A DNA stretch of 64,000 nucleotides from Bryobacteraceae bacterium (GTDB lineage Bacteria; Acidobacteriota; Terriglobia; Bryobacterales; Bryobacteraceae). The position numbers and the translations under genes are program-made. Positions 59,889-64,000 of this stretch are shown here, one piece after another. Each line of letters begins with the position of its first letter. Position 1 is the stretch's first letter. Under the pieces are notes generated by a model, which did not search any database, had not been told where the DNA came from, and was given only the letters and a program-made list of their open reading frames with translations. The stretch covers positions 9,660-73,659 of the forward strand of contig DATJNW010000105.1 of the NCBI GenBank assembly GCA_035507655.1, written 5' to 3'.

Positions 59889-61085
59889 TTATCTTGCCGC
59901 GGCAGGAAGCGAGACTTCCAAGCGCGCGCCGCCTTCGGGGCGATTGCTGGCCGAGATGGTTCCGCCATGCTGCGTCACGATTCCGTGCGCGACCGTTAAT
60001 CCCAGGCCGGTGCCGCGGGCGTCCAGACGCGTAGTGACGAAGGCGTCGAAAATGTCGGGCAGAACTTCGGCAGAGATGCCGCGGCCATTATCTTCAATGG
60101 TGACCAGCATGCGGCGGTTTTGCAGGCGCGCGCGAACTTCGATGCGGCCGGAGGCGCGCTCGATCGCATTGAGAGCGTTGCGCAGCAGATTGACAAAAAC
60201 CTGAATCAGACGATCGGAGTTGCCGATGACGCGATCGTCCGGGCCGGCGTTGTTGATGAAATCAACGCCGGAAGATTTTTCATCGATGGCCACCAGTCCC
60301 CAGGCTTCATCGATTAATGGGCCGATGGCGATGGGCTCCATTTTGCTCGAGCGGACTTTCGAAAAATCCAGCAGGCTTTCGCTGATGCGCTGAAGACGCT
60401 CGGCGACACGCTTCATTCGCTCCAGGCGTTCGAGCGCGTGCCGGTCGGTGGTGGTTTCGATTAATTTTTCGATCGATCCGTTCAACACGGCGAGCGGCGT
60501 GTTCAATTCGTGCGCGACGCTGGCGGACAACAGGCCCAGGCTGACCAGGCGGTCCTGTTCTTCCAGGCGGCGCAGCGCGGTGGCCAGCTCGTCTTCCTGA
60601 CGGCGCAGCGCGGCGACGGTTTCGTTGCGGGAACGCATGATCTGGCCGATTTCGTCGGCGAGAATTTCCTGCGTAGGAATCATTTCGCGGTCGCGATCGC
60701 CGGCCTGGGTCGCGGTGTCGGCTTCGAGCATGCGGCGCAGCGGGCGGTACACGTACAGCGGCATGATGGCCGATTCGAGAAACAGCACCGAAAGAATGTA
60801 AATGCTTCCGAGGATGAGGAAGAGCGTCAATTTGGCGCGGTTGATCGAGTCGCGGTAAGAATCCTGCGCCAGCGCGATTTCCGAGGGGGTGTGGGGGAGC
60901 TGTTGAATCATCGCGACTTCTCTGGTGTGTGCGTCGGCGACGAGTTTCTCGAACAAAGGGATCAGCGAAAAATAGGCGGCACAGGTCAGAATCAGAAAAA
61001 ACAAATTGTGCAGGACCATTAATTTCGGGCGGACCTTCAGGTTTCCGAAGAGCCTGGTGAGGTGATCTTTTGCCCGGTCAAACAA
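59889..61085 (-). CDS. sensor histidine kinase (2 TM, HisKA, HATPase_c)
   Basis: 398 aa. H-box LSASVAHELNTPLAVL, N-box VNLLRNALNA, G-boxes DNGRGI and GTGLGLTV. Confidence 0.85.
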   Translation of the reverse strand: MFDRAKDHLTRLFGNLKVRPKLMVLHNLFFLILTCAAYFSLIPLFEKLVADAHTREVAMIQQLPHTPSEIALAQDSYRDSINRAKLTLFLILGSIYILSVLFLESAIMPLYVYRPLRRMLEADTATQAGDRDREMIPTQEILADEIGQIMRSRNETVAALRRQEDELATALRRLEEQDRLVSLGLLSASVAHELNTPLAVLNGSIEKLIETTTDRHALERLERMKRVAERLQRISESLLDFSKVRSSKMEPIAIGPLIDEAWGLVAIDEKSSGVDFINNAGPDDRVIGNSDRLIQVFVNLLRNALNAIERASGRIEVRARLQNRRMLVTIEDNGRGISAEVLPDIFDAFVTTRLDARGTGLGLTVAHGIVTQHGGTISASNRPEGGARLEVSLPAAAR

Positions 61086-61258
61086 GAAAACGATGCTCCC
61101 GATTTTTTAGGCCTGCGCACGATACCGGTTCCGATATAGCGGCAAAGGGCACTCCGGACAACTTCCGGACTGCTTCTATTGTCACTCGACCGGTTACCGG
61201 GCTGCGCGGCGATTCCGCCACGGTGAAGACGGACCGCGCCCGGCCGGCGCTGCTGCCG

Positions 61259-61891
61259 TCAGTCGACCAGGCCCTCCTGGATGGCGTACCGCGTCAGTTC
61301 GGCGTTGCTGCGCATGTGCATCTTTTCGAGCACGCGCGAGCGATAGGTGCTGATGGTCTTGACGCTCAAGGAAATTTCCGCAGCAATCTGCGACACCGTT
61401 CTTCCGCAGGCGATCTTGCACATCACTTGAAATTCGCGATCGGAAAGCGTTTCATGCAGAGGCCGCTGGCCATCGCCATCGAGGGCGCCCGCCAGTGCTT
61501 CGGCCAGCGTCGCACTCACGTATTTTCGTCCGGTCAGGACCTTGCGAATCGCAGTGACCACTTCGGCAGCGCCGTTGGCCTTGCTCACGTAGCCGTTGGC
61601 GCCAGCCTTAATGGCCCGCACCGCGAACCGTTCCTCGGCGTGCATGCTCAGCACCAGCACGGGAAGGTTCGGACGTACACGGCGGATCTCCTGGAGCACT
61701 TCCAGGCCGGCGCGTCCGGGCATGGTCAGGTCCAACACCAGGACGTCCCAGCAATCGCGCTGAACCTTTTCGAGAACCTGTTCGGAATCTTCCGCCTCGC
61801 CCGCGAGTTCCAGGTCCGGCTCGGCGTCGAGCAACTGTTTTAACCCTTTACGTAACAACGGATGATCATCAGCGACAAGGACACGTGCCAT
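61259..61891 (-). CDS. NarL/LuxR-family response regulator
   Basis: 210 aa. Contains RVLVADDHPLLRKGL..VLVLDLTMPG..VLVLS and a C-terminal HTH, LSDREFQVMCKIACGRTVSQIAAEISLSVKTISTYRSRVLEKM. Confidence 0.9.
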   Translation of the reverse strand: MARVLVADDHPLLRKGLKQLLDAEPDLELAGEAEDSEQVLEKVQRDCWDVLVLDLTMPGRAGLEVLQEIRRVRPNLPVLVLSMHAEERFAVRAIKAGANGYVSKANGAAEVVTAIRKVLTGRKYVSATLAEALAGALDGDGQRPLHETLSDREFQVMCKIACGRTVSQIAAEISLSVKTISTYRSRVLEKMHMRSNAELTRYAIQEGLVD

Positions 61892-61999
61892 TAAAAAAAC
61901 CGTCTTTCATTATGTCAAAAGGCGTCCGGCAAAGCCACCCGAACTTTCTAAGGATTCATCCGGTCTGAAAGTCTTTCTTGCAGTAGCGGTTACCAAAAA

Positions 62000-62602
62000 A
62001 TGCGCGAAACGCCGCAGGTTGGCCGAAGAGTTGCTCATTTGTCCGGCGTGCAGTTCGGTAATAGTTCGGAATCAACAAGATGCGGCGAAAAGCTGAAAAA
62101 TCTTCCGATTCCGTTTCTGAAGATTCTACCGGCGGTCGCGATGCTTAGTTTAGCGAGCGGCTGCCACACCTCGACTATTTCGGTCGAGGCCAGTACGACC
62201 CGGGTTCCCGTGGTTGCTCCCGCGGGCACCGTTCTCCGGGTACGGCTCGGCGAAACACTAGATTCTGGGCGGAGCCGCCCCGGGGATCGGTTTACCGGCG
62301 CACTGGATTCGCCGGTGATGGCGGGAACAATGGAAGTTCTTGCGAAAGGTACGGTGGTAATAGGGCACGTGCTGAGTGCGTGTGCATTGGGCAAGGATGG
62401 CGAGGCGAGGCTGGTGGTCACACTGGATTCATACGAGCGCGACGGACACTGGTACGCGCTCGCGACAAATTCCGTGGCACGTATCGCCCATCGCGATGCC
62501 GTGAGGTGGTTCAACAAAGGTACGAATTGGAACGTAGCACGGATTTCGCTGCCGGCCGAATCGATTATCGGATTCACGTTGGCGAGCACGCTTGCCGCGT
62601 AA
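62000..62602 (+). CDS. probable lipoprotein of unknown function (start uncertain)
   Basis: Lipobox LSLASGC preceded by the hydrophobic run ILPAVAM. The mature part is beta-rich (GTVLRVRLGETLDSGRSRPGDRF). Confidence 0.55.
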   Translation: MRETPQVGRRVAHLSGVQFGNSSESTRCGEKLKNLPIPFLKILPAVAMLSLASGCHTSTISVEASTTRVPVVAPAGTVLRVRLGETLDSGRSRPGDRFTGALDSPVMAGTMEVLAKGTVVIGHVLSACALGKDGEARLVVTLDSYERDGHWYALATNSVARIAHRDAVRWFNKGTNWNVARISLPAESIIGFTLASTLAA

Positions 62603-62632
62603 CCAACAGCGAAGAGTGAAAGGGGAAAAACA

Positions 62633-63418
62633 ATGAAGAGCATAGTATTGACGACAGCCGCAGTGGTTTTGAGTCTGGCGGGCACGGGTTGCGCGACCCA
62701 CAAGTATGTGGCCAAGACCGTAGCTCCGGTGAAACAGGAGGCCGACGCCAACCAAGCCAAGAATGTGGAACAGGACAAAACGATCACGGCGCAGGGCACC
62801 GAAATTCAGGACCTGGATCGCGATCTGTCCCATACCAAGGAACAACTGAAGGATACCGATAACAAGGCGACGCAGGCCGGACAAGCCGCCCAGGCTGCCG
62901 ATCAGAAGGCCGCCAACGCGCAGCAGGCCGCCGACGGCGCGCAGCAGACCGCGACCGGCGCACGCACCTTCGCCGAGCAGGGGCTCGACCGGCTGGGTCA
63001 CACCGTCGACACCATGAACAAATATCAGATGGCGAAATCGGATACGGTGCTGTTTGCAGTCAATCGCGATACCTTGACGGATGAAGGCCGGCAGCAGCTC
63101 GACGATCTGGCCAAGCAGGCGCAGGGTATGGAGCGCTACGTGATCGAAATTCAGGGATTCACGGACAAGACCGGTCCCGCGTCGTACAACGACATTTTGA
63201 GCCAGCGGCGCGCCGAAGCGGTGGCGCGGTATCTGACCACGCAGTATAAGATTCCGGTGCGCAACATCACCATGCTGGGCGAAGGGTACGCGATGCCGGT
63301 GGCCAATGACCGGACGCGCGAGGGCCGCAAACAGAATCGCCGGGTAGAGGTGAAGCTGTGGGTGCCCGAAACGGAAGCGGCGCGGAGCGTCGCGGCCGGT
63401 CCGGGAGCGCAAAACTAA
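62633..63418 (+). CDS. OmpA-family lipoprotein with an N-terminal coiled coil
   Basis: Lipobox LSLAGTGC. Gln/Ala-rich coiled coil. C-terminal region IQGFTDKTGPASYNDILSQRRAEAVARYL..NRRVEVKLW. Confidence 0.85.
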   Translation: MKSIVLTTAAVVLSLAGTGCATHKYVAKTVAPVKQEADANQAKNVEQDKTITAQGTEIQDLDRDLSHTKEQLKDTDNKATQAGQAAQAADQKAANAQQAADGAQQTATGARTFAEQGLDRLGHTVDTMNKYQMAKSDTVLFAVNRDTLTDEGRQQLDDLAKQAQGMERYVIEIQGFTDKTGPASYNDILSQRRAEAVARYLTTQYKIPVRNITMLGEGYAMPVANDRTREGRKQNRRVEVKLWVPETEAARSVAAGPGAQN

Positions 63419-63462
63419 AGGTTCTTACGGGATAGTCGCCGGCCCCTCCGACCCGGCGGCTT

Positions 63463-63565
63463 CAGGGCAGGTAATTGGGAGAGATTCGCCGCGGGGAAAT
63501 CTGCACACCTCGCCTGGTTGACTTCGGTCACCCGATCTCTTCGATTCCTGCCCTGCTTTGTTTTT
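63463..63565 (+). other. three-way-junction RNA structure ending in a U-tract (complex terminator, sRNA or cis-regulatory leader)
   Basis: P1 pairs CAGGGCAGG with CCTGCCCTG (9 bp). Inner helices are AGAGAT/ATCTCT, GCGGGG/CCTCGC (one G-U pair) and GGTTGAC-TTCG-GTCACC (UUCG loop). The structure is followed by CTTTGTTTTT. Confidence 0.35.
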
Positions 63566-63721
63566 GGAGGCTGCGAAAACCCCGCCGTTCAACCCCGGCA
63601 GATCTGCCGGGGCTTTCTAAACCGTGTAAAAGAGCCTGTGTGACAAATCGGCGCCACCGCTTGCGGGCGGCGGCGCACGCACTGGTGCGTGCCGTATCGA
63701 CACTCTACACTGGTTTGAGAC

Positions 63722-64000
63722 GTGTCTCTTATCGATTTTCTGTTTGGCCGGCCGCTGCCCACCTCCGACGAACGCGGCGAACGGATCGGCCCCTCCAAAG
63801 GCATTCCGATTTTCGGACTGGACGCGCTCAGTTCCGCCGCGTATGGTCCGGAAGCGGCGCTGACGCTGCTGATCCCGCTGGGCGCGGCGGGCGTCGCCTA
63901 CATCGTCCCCATTTCCGCCAGCATCATCGCGCTGCTGGCCATCGTTTATTTTTCCTACCGCCAGACCATCGATTCCTATCCCGGCGGCGGAGGATCGTAC
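63722..64000 (+). CDS. APC-superfamily amino-acid/polyamine permease, N-terminal fragment (runs off the right edge)
   Basis: The GTG at 63722 opens a frame with no stop up to the window end: VSLIDFLFGRPLPTSDERGERIGPSKGIPIFGLDALSSAAYGPEAALTLLIPLG...YFSYRQTIDSYPGGGGSY, a typical APC-permease N-terminus. Confidence 0.75.
   Translation, partial: MSLIDFLFGRPLPTSDERGERIGPSKGIPIFGLDALSSAAYGPEAALTLLIPLGAAGVAYIVPISASIIALLAIVYFSYRQTIDSYPGGGGSY

Overview
High-GC bacterial chromosomal segment. The gene content (a PadR regulator followed by the remnant of a MacB/FtsX-type permease, and many exported TPR, multiheme and OmpA proteins) looks acidobacterial, but that is inference only. Positions 1-30.4 kb hold an almost complete flagellar regulon in about 7 transcription units: flgB-flgC-fliE-fliF-fliG (minus strand); fliC, an attenuator hairpin, fliD and a small ORF (minus); fliM (minus); flbD-motA-motB (plus); a tightly packed ~8.7 kb minus-strand string of a sigma-54 activator, flhA, flhF, fliA, a fliN-like gene, flgM, a small ORF, flgK and flgL; fliS (plus); flgF-flgG-flgA-flgH-flgI and a rod-binding flgJ-like gene (minus); and fliK-flgD-flgE-fliN-fliOPQR-flhB plus an orphan gene (plus). 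I found candidate sigma-54 (GG-N10-GC) and sigma-28 promoter elements by eye. Positions 30.6-64 kb are mixed: exported hypothetical proteins, a PadR gene with a permease remnant, a DUF4091/FN3 exported protein, two two-component systems, tRNA-Val(CAC), an M20 peptidase, an SLT transglycosylase, two OmpA coiled-coil proteins, and two frameshifted genes (AraC-type and class-A beta-lactamase-like). The most unusual locus is 39.2-48.2 kb. Two paralogous heptaheme-cytochrome/TPR proteins flank a minus-strand operon that encodes a pentaheme cytochrome c, two twin-arginine-signal FMN alpha-hydroxy-acid dehydrogenase homologues (one lacking the catalytic His/Arg) and a signal-peptide-bearing HpcH/HpaI aldolase. 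I read this as a candidate periplasmic 2-hydroxy-acid oxidation/cleavage module wired to c-type hemes. Other notable items: a MITE-like palindromic repeat present at two loci, a low-GC islet of tiny ORFs next to the tRNA (including a 54-aa zinc ribbon absent from the ORF track), a three-way-junction RNA structure upstream of a permease gene, and several atypical flagellar components (minimal FlgD, FliM without a CheY-binding peptide, FlhF with a degenerate G3 motif and no adjacent flhG, and paralogous small helical proteins next to fliD and fliC). No CRISPR array, rRNA, integrase or transposase gene was seen.
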